The position numbers were made by a program, and so were the translations under genes. DNA of 64,000 bases from Toensbergia leucococca (lineage: Eukaryota): positions 62,001-126,000 of the forward strand of contig JALDZS010000056.1 in NCBI GenBank assembly GCA_022813965.1, given 5' to 3'. The notes under the pieces were generated by a model. It was not told the origin of the DNA, searched no databases, and saw nothing but the letters and a program-made list of their open reading frames with translations. Within the stretch, counting starts at the first letter, position 1; each line of letters opens with the position of its first letter. Below are positions 10,770-22,731 of this stretch, piece after piece.

Positions 10770-12492
10770 TCAACCAAACAACCTCACCCCGACCCCATCA
10801 GCCGCCTTCATTGCCATCCCAAAATCTTTCTTGATCTCCGTCTCGCCCGGAACAGCAGGCTCGATGCGTTCAAAACGCTGCAACATCCTCACGAGCAAAA
10901 AGCTCGCCTCGGTCAAAGCGAATTGTTCTATATAAAACACACACATCAATTGTCAATCCCAGAAAAAAAAAAAAAAAAAAAAAGAGGCTGCCGGGAAAAA
11001 CTCCCAAACACAAGAGAAAAACATCGTGCAAAAAAAACCTACGAGCTAGGCAGATTCTCGGCCCGCCGTTAAAGGGCGCATATTCCCATCCCACCGTCTT
11101 TTTAACCCATCGTTCCGGCTTCCACTCCAGAGCATCGTCTCCCCAAATATCTTTGCGGCGATGCATAAGAAAGACGCCATAGCTGACCATGGTGCCCTTG
11201 CGGACTGCGACTGGGGCGTTTCCCTGCGGTCCACCTCCCACAGGAAGGATTGTGTCTTCGACGGCATAGCGCATGTTGAATGGGACTAGAGGATACAGGC
11301 GCAGGGTTTCATTCAGAACGTGCTGGACGCCGTGACAGCCCTTGAGGCTTGAAAAGGTGATTTCTGGGCTGTTTTCGCTGCCGAATGTCTCCAAAACTTC
11401 CTGTCGCACCTTCTTCCATACGTGCGGGTTTCTGGCAAGCTCGATGAAGACAAAGCTGAGCAGTGCGGCTGTGGTATCTCTTCCTGCGAGCAAGAGGGTT
11501 AGGAGTTGATCTCGAAGCTCCTGCGGATCTTGCGTCTCCTTAGACAGCTCTTCCAGAAAGATATACTTCTGCTTCTTCGGTTGCTTGTCGCTCTTGAAAT
11601 CCTCTGCTCTCTCCTCATTGTGTCTTAGGGTTAAAGTGATAAAGTGGTCCGTAAATCGACGGAGAATACTGCACGCCTCCAGAAACTTTTTAGAGTCAAG
11701 GAGCCAATTTAGTCCAAGAATTCGAGGACGCTGGCCTAGCGTTTCAGCGGCAATCGTAAAGGCCTGACTGAAACTCATCTCTGTCTTCTGGCTGTCTTTT
11801 TTCAGCATCTCGTCTAGAAAGTCGATGTTCTCCATAGCCGCTTGTTGCGAATTGACAGATATGCCGAAGAGAAACTCAGTAATCATATCAAGAGTATAAT
11901 GAAACAACAACGGCTCTAGGTCCACTGATATCTCCTCATCATCCTGAGACTTTGACAAAGCTTCAAACAGCGCCTGAACATGTCTCTCCGCAACATCCAG
12001 ATCACTAATGCTATCCCGGTTGAACTGCGGTCTGATCAAAGCCCGGCTGTGCGCCCATCTCGCACCATCGCTGGTCAATATTCCTCGTCCCAGCAAGATT
12101 CCAGCCTGACGATACCTCATGTCGCCGATAACGTAGTCCTTGAAGTTCGTAGCGAGTATAGCCTGCACATTGCGAGGTTCACAAGTATTGATGACCTGGC
12201 CCAGAATAGAGGAGGCGGCATGAGTGTTGCCACCCTTGTTCCAGGCCGGGCATATAATGTCATCTATAATGTCTCCTTTGAAGCCGATGACCTTGATGAT
12301 CTCGCCGATACCCCACGGGAACCTGTTTGGGATGATGTGGGGGGGTTCACAGTTGTTGGAACTGGCGAACTGGCGGAAACGACGGGCGGACAGGTAGCGA
12401 CGAATACAGGACTGAACAGCATATATTAGCACAAGGCCTAAGATTGTCCTTAATGGGATGCTGGTAGGGGTTATGTTTAAGAGCGCAAGCAT
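10770..12492 (-). CDS. Cytochrome P450, CYP52-clan (alkane/fatty-acid hydroxylase-like)
   Basis: N-terminal TM anchor, AGRDTT I-helix, ETLR, PERW and heme motif FNGGPRICLA. One intron (~10928-11042), then QQFALTEASFLLVRMLQRF...GVRLFG* ending at 10770. Confidence 0.95.
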
Positions 12493-13167
12493 GGCGGACA
12501 AGTCGAGGAGTTGAGCTTCTTTCGGATAATCACTTGACCGAGCCGAATGCCGTCGAGGCGAAATCCTGATCCTTTAACTATCCAAGCTCACTGCTGCTGC
12601 CTGATGGAGACGGCACGGCTTGAGACATGAGCCAGCATACCGTTGTCCAAGCATTGAGATGAGTCACACATGGACCTTTCCTAAAACTCCAAGGATGGTA
12701 GACATCTGATCCAAAATGATATCCATGACATGCATAATGCCTAGGAACGTGACGATAACTCTGAGAAGCCTAACTAACCAGCCTCAGCATGCACTTCACG
12801 AAGTCGATGATGGCTTAGGGCTGTTCCGACTCTCTGGCGAGGTCAAAGACAGCAGTGAGGTAGGTTTGGGGGTTGTAGATGTAGTCATAGATCGAGGGAG
12901 TTTGATGGCGACTTGGAATGTTGGTGCCGAGTAGGTAGGCACGTAGGGAATGCAGACTTGAATTTTCCGACCGTTTCATCATACATGAACCAAACTGGGT
13001 ATATTTCCACCGCGTCTCCCGTCCACCGTCCACATATGCACCTATCACAATATATACCTCCCTACCAAAACCAACATCCAGACATATGGACACTCACCTC
13101 AACTTTCACCTTTCTCCACTATTGCCCACATCCTTATCGCCGTATTTTCCTCGCGCTAAATCAGTCT

Positions 13168-16122
13168 TCACAAAGCCAACCCCGTCCCATTTCCAGTCCA
13201 CCGATACAGTGCCAGTACCTCCCTTCTCCTTAGTTGCTGCTCGCCAAAGTCCTCCGGTACACGGCCCTTCACCTGTGCGAGAGCAGAGCGCATGACTTTG
13301 CGAAAGTTCCTCTGCAGCCAGTAGTATCAGTGGAAGCCTTTGAACCGACGGCCTGAAGCTAACCAACACTGGCGATGATTAATGCAGGGAATTAACGTAC
13401 CTGATACTCTGTATTCAGTGTCACAACACAGGCTTCATGCGCCCGAACAATCGTTTCGCACGCCTTGACCACACTCGGACTTGCCTCAGCCTGCAGCTTG
13501 TCTGCAATCAGCAGCAGCAGAAAGCTTCCCTGCAGCAAGTAAATGCCGAAGAAAAAGGGCATGAAGCTCGTATCCGGGTCGTACTCCAAAATGTCGCTAA
13601 TGGCTTCGGCCGCGGAAACCGCATGCCCCGTCGCACAGATGAACGACTGCGAACTTATCCAAAGATCGTTGTCGTCAAGGAGGCTGATGGGATCCCATTT
13701 TCCGGTTAGGAGAATATGAAGAACATGCATGACATGCGTACCGTACGCGACAACAATTTTCGTCTGGATGCCGAGTTCGGTGGTGCGCGATGTACCAGAG
13801 TTTGCGGAGCGGACAGAAGGGGTCCCGGCTTCGAACTTGGCGTGGTCCGGGTCTAGTTGATCGTTAATATTAGGGGTAAAGCGAGCTTCGAAGTCCTTCA
13901 GACTGCGCCCGTAAATTTCCAATTGCTGCGCTATCTCTGCGATTTGTTCGTCCCATTGGTCTGCACGACGGAAGCTGAGGCCGAAGCGTGGATGATTTCT
14001 TGCATGATTGAGGTCAACGATTTCTCCGAGTATGGTCATGAGGGGAAGGAAGTAGCCGAAGATGCTGTGCCCGGTACATTCAAAATCTGGCCCTCTACGC
14101 CAGTATCGCGGTGAGCTAGGGCTGGCAGGATATAAACTCATATCCCCGGTACGGAACTCCCCTGCTTGCCATACCATGTCGTTCATCGGCTGCAGGAGGC
14201 TCTCACACTCTACGTCGAGAAGAAAGAGAGGTCGATTGTAGCAGAGCGCGAGATGTCTGTCCATGGTATAGAGAAGCCACCATACTCGCCGTCGTTCTTC
14301 CCGCTCCTCTTCGCCTACAATACCAGGTAGGCTCGCTAGGGAATTGCTATTAGTTGGTCTTCTGCTCGACCTTTGCTGACCAGTATCCGTCATATCCATC
14401 TCGACTTCTCTGTCTGCATCTACGTCCTCTCCGCGCGGTTGCTCACCGTTCGTAGACTGTGGTGGATTGGGAGGTAGTTCACGGCCAAGCTTCAACTCTC
14501 GTGCCAATGAAAATGCAGCATTCCACCACCGTAAACTCGCAGCCTTGTACTCCGAAGCAGAGATCACGGTCGCTAAATGGAAATATGTTGCAATGTCGTC
14601 CAATGCTCCGGAAGCTCCGGCATCCGCCGTTGAAGCCTCACCTCCCAACATTGCAACTCCGAGCCCACCAAGAGCAACACCGTTGATTGCTGTATTTGCG
14701 CCATAGTTCACGGGAGTTTCCCCGATCGCAGAACCATGAATGAGAGGCTTTAGTAATCCCACTGTAATTTCCAATAATTTCTGACATATTCGTCCACGAG
14801 CGGCAGGTGGAGACGTCAGGAAGGGAGCGTCACTATTTTGTGCTGCTACCCATAGCATACTGGAAAGTAGAGCTGGCGTGCACGAACGAGGTCTTGTTGA
14901 ATCCAAGAATGATTGCTTTCGAAAAACATAACCCAGAAGGTAAGGAGACAGCGGGTGCATATGTACAGAGGAAGAACTAGTAAAATATGAATCAAGTAAA
15001 TCGCACGCAAGGGAAACAGGAATAACAGATCCAATATGAGACAACAAAGGTTGTAGAACAGGGTATCTCAATGTGTTCGTATGGTTCAGAGTCGGATGAG
15101 TTCTCGTGACAGGCGGGGGTAAGGAGAGCCATCCGGGAGAGCCTGCGTTTGGGGTGGTGCCCATGAAACTTGCCAGAGGACTCTCACCAGAGCTGTTGAA
15201 GCGGAAGACTGAAGGCGGAGTATGGTGGTCTTGTGGACTCGCCATGGGGAAAGACATTTCTCTATAGCTTTGGAACGCATGCTGAGGAGTCATCTGAGCT
15301 GCAATATTACTCAACGTAGGTACGGAATGTAGTGAAGGCATGCCATGTATCGCGGGCCGGTCATATTCATGAGCCAAGCTGAATCCATTCAGTGACATGG
15401 CAGTTGGACTGTTCTCTGCCCCTTGGCGCATGGACGATCCTGAGTGATGATCTAGAGGTAGGCCTTCTTGGAAATTTGGCATGGATTGATGCAGATCTCT
15501 GGGGACTGTACGTGGGATATCCGCGACGTAGCCCAGGCTGCCGGACCGTGTGGTATCGTGCATGCCGTTCATCAAAGCGGAACCGCCGAGAGTGTCTGTA
15601 GATGGCGAGCCTAATAAACGAGAAGGAGGGAGGTCGGTCGTAGTAGGCCGCTGAAGTTTCGAAAGCTCATGACCTTCGGTAGACTGTACTGGCGAAGGGC
15701 CTTCGGATGAATAACCATTCGACGAAGATGGGTTGGCAGCCGGTAGCTGGGTGAGGTTCTTACGAGGTGCCATACCGCGCTTCTTTCGCTCTCGAACATA
15801 TTCACACGTAAGGCCAAACTCTTTCAGCCTGTCAGTGATACGATCGAGAAAATGCTTCTCTTGTGTTGAATATCAACCCACCGACGCAATGGTCGCAAGG
15901 CACCTTTCCGCCGCTACATTTGGTTCGCATTTGATTGCACTGATCGCATGCCCTACTGATCCTTCGCCGAGCTGGGGATGACGGCGGCCCATTCTTTCCA
16001 CCCTTTCCAACACTCCGCTGTCCCATTCCCAAAGTCCTGTGACCAGAGTCATCGATAGCGTAAGGGTGGTGGCAGGCCTTGTTCGGGCTCTGCAAGGCCG
16101 AGATTGGAGTATGAGAGGTCAT
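13168..16122 (-). CDS. xlnR: Xylanolytic transcriptional activator XlnR/Xyr1 (Zn2Cys6)
   Basis: [18 protein letters not shown]...[89 protein letters not shown]...[13 protein letters not shown], the diagnostic XlnR C-terminus. Start codon uncertain. Confidence 0.95.
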
Positions 16123-16723
16123 CGAGGTCTAATTCTACGGGAACTGTGGTCCTGTGGGCGAGGGAGTGGGCGTGGGCGTGGCTTATGCTGCCTGGTTTCT
16201 ATCTTGGCAGCGTGGGCATTCCCATGATGTGAGGTCCATTCTCGAGTGTGCAGAGTAGCGATGGAGAAGGAGAATAGAGGTTTTGAGCCGGACATATGTA
16301 CAATGCGTTCGACAAAAGAAGACTTGAGAGCTTTGGCAAGTGTGGCCCCACTCGAGCATTCTCCCCGCCCTCGGGTGCACCCGGATTCCTGGGGAAGAGG
16401 GAAGAAATCTTGCTCACATATGCACGTAAAATTGATGCGGGGACAATCCGAGCATTGAGATAAGCAGGCTCGCGGCCAACTTTTGTCGACTTTGCCTTCT
16501 GGAGCATACAATTCGGTATCGATCGCAGTTGCCCTACCTGTGAAGAGGCGGCATATGTCTCAATCCAAAAGCGATAGAGGTGAGAGAGGATATCCGTGTT
16601 CAATAAGGTAGCCACGGAGCCACCTGAGGTGATTGCCCTATCGATAGCAAACGTCACTGACGCTCAATCGAGAATTCTGCCTTAATTCTAGCATTTTGAA
16701 GGCCAGCAAACCTCTCAACAGGC

Positions 16724-18970
16724 ATGGCTTCCACCCGCATAATTCCCCAGCTCCAGCCTCACGACGCCCCATCCGCTGAAACCCTCCCTTCCATTTCCAG
16801 ACTCTCCTCCACAATCATTTCCTATCTCCAGTCTATAGCTAGTGGTCAATGTCCTCTACCAGCTTCTCAGTTGTCCTTATTTCGCTCCTATCTCATCATA
16901 GAACGCAAAGTCGATGCTGCTGCAATCCCCGAATCACTACAAGACCCTGACGGGCAGAATCACTTTGGATTCAATGAATTTCTGAGCTTCATGGCCTCTT
17001 CATTATCAGATGCATTAAAGCCAATCGAGGAATGCGATCTGGGATACCCCATTTCGAATTATTTCATCAACAGTAGTCATAACACGTACTTGACTGGCAA
17101 TCAGTTCTATAGCAATTCAAGCACTGACGCTTATAAAAATGTATGTCTGTTCTAATCAAGGAGACCCTTGATATAACGTCTAACTAAAAGGAGGTCCTCC
17201 TCCGCAAATGCCGGTGCATCGAAATTGATGTCTGGGATGGCGAACCAAAGTCCACCAATGACGATGAAAGCAGTGCCGGCGAGGAGAAGAAACATAGATT
17301 CAAACCACACGTGCCTTCTTCGTTGTCCTCGCATTTGTCTAAGCATTTTGAAACAAAGGCTTCCCTTGCCTCAGCTGCGCCTACAGGATCTAAACCTCCG
17401 AGCTTGCCAACACCATGGGTCTCAGCATCTACAGCTATGAGGGCGGAGCCGAGAGTCTTGCATGGCCACACCTTAACCAGAGAGGTCTCCTTCCGCGAGG
17501 TATGCGCAACAATCCGAGATGCAGCCTTTGTGACTAGGTACATATTCAGCCTTAAGATTTGGACATGGCTAAACTTCTGATTAGTGATTTGCCTATTATT
17601 GTTAGTCTAGAGATTCATGCCGGTCCCGAACAGCAGGCCATCATGGTGGAGATTATGGAGGATGCTTGGAAGGGGATGCTTGTGAAAGAGCCAGCCGACA
17701 GATGTAATAAGCTGCCTAGCCCCAGTGAGCTTCGACGCAAAATCTTAGTCAAGGTTAAAAATGCGTCTTCGACGACATTGAAAGACTCGACATCTGTGGC
17801 GCAGCGAGTGCGGTCTCAGTCTTCATCGTCAGAATCAGAAAGTCAAAAGGCCTCTCATGATATGGCGAAGAAGCAAAAAAAGAGCAAGATCATCGAAAGT
17901 CTAAGCAAGCTTGCTGTTTGGACGCGTGCTTTTCACTTCAAGAGCCTGTCGGCGCCTGAAGCGACCATGCCCACCCATGTTTTTTCGTTGTCTGAAAAGA
18001 AATTGATGGAGCTTCACGAAAGCCAAGGTCTTACATTGTTTTCTCACAACCGTACTTTCCTCATGAGGGCATTCCCTTCCGGTATGCGCGTTTCATCGTC
18101 CAATCTCGACCCGGCCGTCTTCTGGCGGAAAGGCGTCCAGATGGTAGCACTCAATTGGCAGAAGCCAGATGAGGGAATGATGCTTGACAAGGGTATGTTT
18201 GAAGGAAGTGGAGGATGGGTGCTGAAGCCGAAGGGCTACAGAGGCTATTATCCAGGCGCTACAGTGTTATCCGACGAGTCTCAAGCAGACGCCGTTCAAC
18301 ACAAGAAACTCTCTCTAGGCATCGAAGTCTTCGCCGGCCAAGATATTCCTCTGCATACAAGTGGTGACAAGCCTGATGGCTTCTATCCATACGTGAAGTG
18401 TGAGCTGCATGTGGAAAAGCCGGAAGAAAGGTCCGGAGCACCGATCGAAGGAGGTGGGAAGGTCAAAGAGGGTGAATACAAGCGACGGACAAAGACGAGC
18501 AAGGGTATTGAGCCTGACTTTGGCGGTGAGAAGATGGAGTTTCTCGGAATCCCAAATGTGGTGGAAGAGTTGAGCTTTGTGAGGTTAGTTCTTCCCTGGC
18601 TAAGAATGCGTCAAGGCATAAATAAAACTCTCTGCGATAAGTCGCAGTCTCGGTCAAAGATCCAAGACAAAAGCGGTGTGATAGCGACGTTTATTTAGCG
18701 CGAGCCAGGATAGTCATTTGCCGCCACAAAAGTAGGACGAGCTTAATGCGAGTCTAATGTTGGAAGATTGTCTGGTATCTCGGCTGACTTGTCGTTTGAA
18801 ACAGGTTCAAAATCAATGACGACAAGTTAGGAAAAGATAGTCTCGCTGCCTGGGCTTGCATTCGGCTTGATAGGCTCCAGCCGGGCTATCGATTCATCCA
18901 TCTTGAAGACTCCAAGGGCCTTCCAGCTCAAGGTGTCTTGCTGGTCAAAATCGAAAAAACTTTGTCATGA
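16724..18970 (+). CDS. Phosphoinositide-specific phospholipase C (X, Y and C2 domains), 4 exons
   Basis: YFINSSHNTYLTGNQ, LLRKCRCIEIDVWDG, HGHTLT, PIIVSLEIH, RVSSSNLDPAVFWRKGVQMVALNWQ and GWVLKP; last exon FKINDD...AWACIRLDRLQPGYRFIHL...* ends at 18970. Confidence 0.95.
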
Positions 18971-21034
18971 AATGGGCTACCTCGCCCTTCTCAGTCCCAT
19001 CCGATGGCGGATGCAAGACTTCGTCATTGCACGTCAGTTGCTGCAGGTCGACTTTCTTTGGTCCGATCAAAGGTCCAAGGTCTGGGACATTCTTTGCAGG
19101 CGACTCCATTTCAGAATTTGCGGTGAAATTAATGTTTTACGTAGCATACCTATTTGTATTTTCCTGGTGCTGTGCAACGGAACGCTTTCCACGCTTTTGC
19201 GATACATCACTCATTTTCAAACTGCATGCTGCATCGCGTGTTGGAATTTCGTCAGCAAATAATTCCTCCGATTGGATTTCTGCCCAGCAAACCGAGGTCG
19301 CATGATTGGCTTTGCTTAAGCCATTGATTGCATTTCAGATTGTTCCAAGCAAGTTCATTCACTCTTGGGATCAAAGCTAGTCGAAGCAACTATCATACCT
19401 TCGAGGTCCTCTGGTCCACTTCGTCCGTAAAAGGGTCCGAGGTGGATGAGCAGAAAGGGAACTCGGTCAGCACATAACTTGCTTCTTCACTTGGACAACA
19501 GACAAGAATTGGGGAGCAGTAGGATGTTGCAAGCTGCATCGCACCGCCATGTGTCAATTATCCGTACGCCGATATAACGGGAAGTCTAACACTCATACGT
19601 GAAGGCTATAAAGAAGATAGTGCCGTAAGTGCTCGCAATGACAGTTGGTCGTGGAGTATCTCCGCAATCTCGGCGCCCTGCATTTGTTAGGACCCGCTGA
19701 GATGGAAATTAGCCTGTACACGAAAGTTTGGCTCAGAGTATGATCTCATCCTGAATAGTCCCACTTGCACGATCCGGACCGCCATATCAATCTACTAATC
19801 CCTACATGATAATCCAGATACCTTGAACAATGTCAAGTTCTAGGGAGGTCAGAGTCTGCCCAAAAAGCAGCGGCTCACAAATCTGAAGTCTTCTAGGAAC
19901 GACGTATCACGAAAAATATGTGTCCATGCATTCACCAACATCACATCGTGAGTATCCGTTGTGTGACAAATTTAGCAGGCCCATTCTCTGTGCACCGTGG
20001 TTTTCGCTCGTGCGTAGCTGCGGAAGCTTTTCTAACAAAGCACTACCAGAGCTCAACGATGCGGTGAGTCTCTACTCGACGTTCGTATGGTATGCGGTAC
20101 TTCAACTTGCCGGGCAGGTACATTGAGATCTGCATTCATCGACGCTAGCATCGTCTCATCTAACTCATCTCGCAGCCGTAAACGCGGCGGCTACACGTGA
20201 TTGCATTCTTGTGCATAACCCAGTCAAGCGGATCGAAGAGCATCGCACTATAATTCTGTGGATAAAAACTTGCAACGATTCGACCTCAAGCAACAATGTC
20301 CCCGAATTGAAGCGACAACTCAGGATAACGACAGGAGGGTTTTACTAAGAATCTGAATATCAAGAAACTAGGGTGCTTTTGATTTCGAAAAGTAGGGTAC
20401 TTCTCAAAGTCCAGCGCGGAGAGCAAACCATCATGTCAAACAAAAAGTATTGTCAATCTGTTGCCACCTTGATATAGACTGAAAGTGATATAAAAACTTG
20501 TTTGAAACATTATGCAGATGCGGGAGAAAAATGATGTAGGCGAAATTACAATAAATACATCCCTTGCGTTGTGGTAGACTAAGCGTCCTGTACCTCATTC
20601 ATCCATTCATGTAGTGAGTAAGCACTGGGAAGAACCCATCGGAGCTCCGAAGTGTATTTGAACACTTTAATTCATCTCGCAGCTACCCGTCGTTGGCTCG
20701 ACGCAAATGAGGCACCGGCTTCCCAGAGCCATGGTTCACCACTCACTGGTGGTCTCGAGGACGTTTCTGACTCGGAGATGTGCCCGACGCTAGTCGATAT
20801 CTTATTCTGCTTCATTGGGGTATGTGATCCAAGCTCGGTCGGTAAAGGCGGTCTAAAGAAGAGCGACCGATGGCCATGGCAAGTGTGACTCGTCGTGTCG
20901 TACCATTGAGGTCTGACGCGAGACAGGAGACTTTGTCTCCTCTGGTGAAATTGCGCAAAGGCGACCTGCAGAGAAATACGTCGATTCGTTCTTGAATGGG
21001 GAGACCAATCTCAACGGCGGGTGTGATCAATCTC

Positions 21035-21042
21035 TATATAAG
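21035..21042 (+). promoter_or_regulatory. Putative TATA box of the small CxxC gene
   Basis: TATATAAG about 115 nt upstream of ATG 21154, followed by a C/A-rich leader. Confidence 0.5.
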
Positions 21043-21153
21043 CAACAGTCTCCCACCTAGATTGTTCACCAGACTCACCAAGACAAAGCTGCAACTCGAA
21101 CCATCTACATCACTTTCGCTCCCACATCACAAAAGCCCATCCAAATCTCCAAC

Positions 21154-21479
21154 ATGTTGTTCAAGAAGACCTCAAAATCTTTTCGCCCTGGATCGAAGGA
21201 CGCTCCCTCTATTCCGAAGACCGATATCATGACCGACGGTCCTGCCTTGGCTGTACGAGTAACCGAAAGATCGCCGGTGAGTGACGCCGCAGATGATCTA
21301 GACAGTTCCCTAGAGACGGCAAGCAATGCTGGTCATCCGTCGGCGTCCTAGTCGAAGCCCTGCTGACGATTCTTGTCTGATAGATGCCAGGAGTACGCTG
21401 CCCGACTTGCGCTGGCCGCGGCCAGGAGCAATGGGTTTTACCTGGCAAACACTGTCCCAAATGCGGAACCCCATGCTGA
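21154..21479 (+). CDS. Small (86 aa) protein with C-terminal CxxC...CxxC zinc-ribbon motif; two exons joined by a GC-AG intron
   Basis: Exon 1 21154-21318 (55 codons, ends SSLET), intron 21319-21383 (GCAAGC...GCTGAC...TAG), exon 2 21384-21479 MPGVRCPTCAGRGQEQWVLPGKHCPKCGTPC*. Confidence 0.75.
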
Positions 21480-22731
21480 ACATAGCCCGGTAAGCACCAT
21501 GCCACAGCTTGAAAGATAGCTGCTAATTTGATATCTGACTAGACGCCCAAAAACCAAATTTTGCTTGCGGAGAGGTCAGAGATACTTAGTGGAACACTCG
21601 TCTTTTTAGTCGGTTTTTTGGATGGAACTGCGGTGCCTGGGCAACGTCTTGCAAATCTTTCCCGAGGGATGCAAAGTTCTTTAATCTGTTTTTCATGATA
21701 CTGCTCCGTCATACATGACTACTGTAGAACAGATATCAAAACCTTCCAAGGTTGAATAACAGACGATTGACAGAAAGTGCACACAAGCCTATGATAAATA
21801 GTGAAATTTGCTTGTTTTCGGACTCTTAAAGGAGATAAGAGTTGGCAATGACATCCATCTAGAATCATGACAATCAAGCTTTGCTGAAGTACTCTTCTGT
21901 TCTCTCTCTGTTCTCTCTCTGTTAAAGTAAGAAGCCAACGTTAGGAAGCAATAATTGTGTGACAACTTTAGACGTGTCTGACAGAGAATACGCGGTACGC
22001 ACTAAGAAAATATACTCATTCCACAGAAAAAGCTACTACCAATAGTGGTCTTGTAGGTAGTGATATACGATAAGTAGAAGCAGAAGTGTTGGCTAGGTTC
22101 ATGTACGAGTAGGTAGATGAATATCTCACTGTGCCACTGTGTCATCCCTTCGAGTTTAGAAATCTAATGCAGTAGGAGCAAAGCTCTACGGAGCGTATTT
22201 GCTATAGCAAGAAGGATATTCAAGGACATGAATGGATGACTTGAAGACTACCCGTACGAGAATAGAAGAAACATTCTACGAAGGAGGTTCGACGAATGCG
22301 ATGAAGCCAGGCGCAAAGAAGTATATCTGGCCAACGTAGAATATTCTATCCCGTTCTGGTATTCTAATGTCTACTTCTACGGCAGAGGGCAGCTACCTTA
22401 AATCCCATTCACGAAGCGGACTCTACAGCTGGGTAAGGTGGTAAGGTACGAGTACTTATCGCAGCAGAACTTGCGGACGGATTAACGCCACCCTAGAGAC
22501 AGACGGTAACAAGGACACGAGACCATCCTTACACTGGGTAGAGCTTGTACCAGTACAGAGCAGGAGCAGGATTTCACCATTGGGAATGATCTCATCTGCT
22601 ATGACACGTCCTGAATACGATGGTTTACAGCTAGAGGCCCCCATACATCATTGATCACGCTTATGTGACTTACAAAAACACCTATACCTACATGTAAAGT
22701 CTTCGTCAACCAATTCAGACTCGACCTCTCT

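Noticed and set aside
11625..11634. TTAGGGTTA as telomerase RNA template or telomeric repeat
   Set aside because: Single occurrence inside the P450 coding sequence.
7819..16122. Secondary-metabolite cluster around the P450 and TFs
   Set aside because: No PKS, NRPS, terpene synthase or RiPP precursor in the window; the neighbours are general regulators.
19405..19462. Hairpin TCCACTTCG...CGAGGTGGA downstream of PLC
   Set aside because: Isolated 9-bp stem with two wobbles; within chance expectation and no supporting context.
22100..22650. Possible gene remnant on the plus strand upstream of the SDR pseudogene
   Set aside because: Protein-like stretches are short with no recognisable motif; cannot be distinguished from random sequence.
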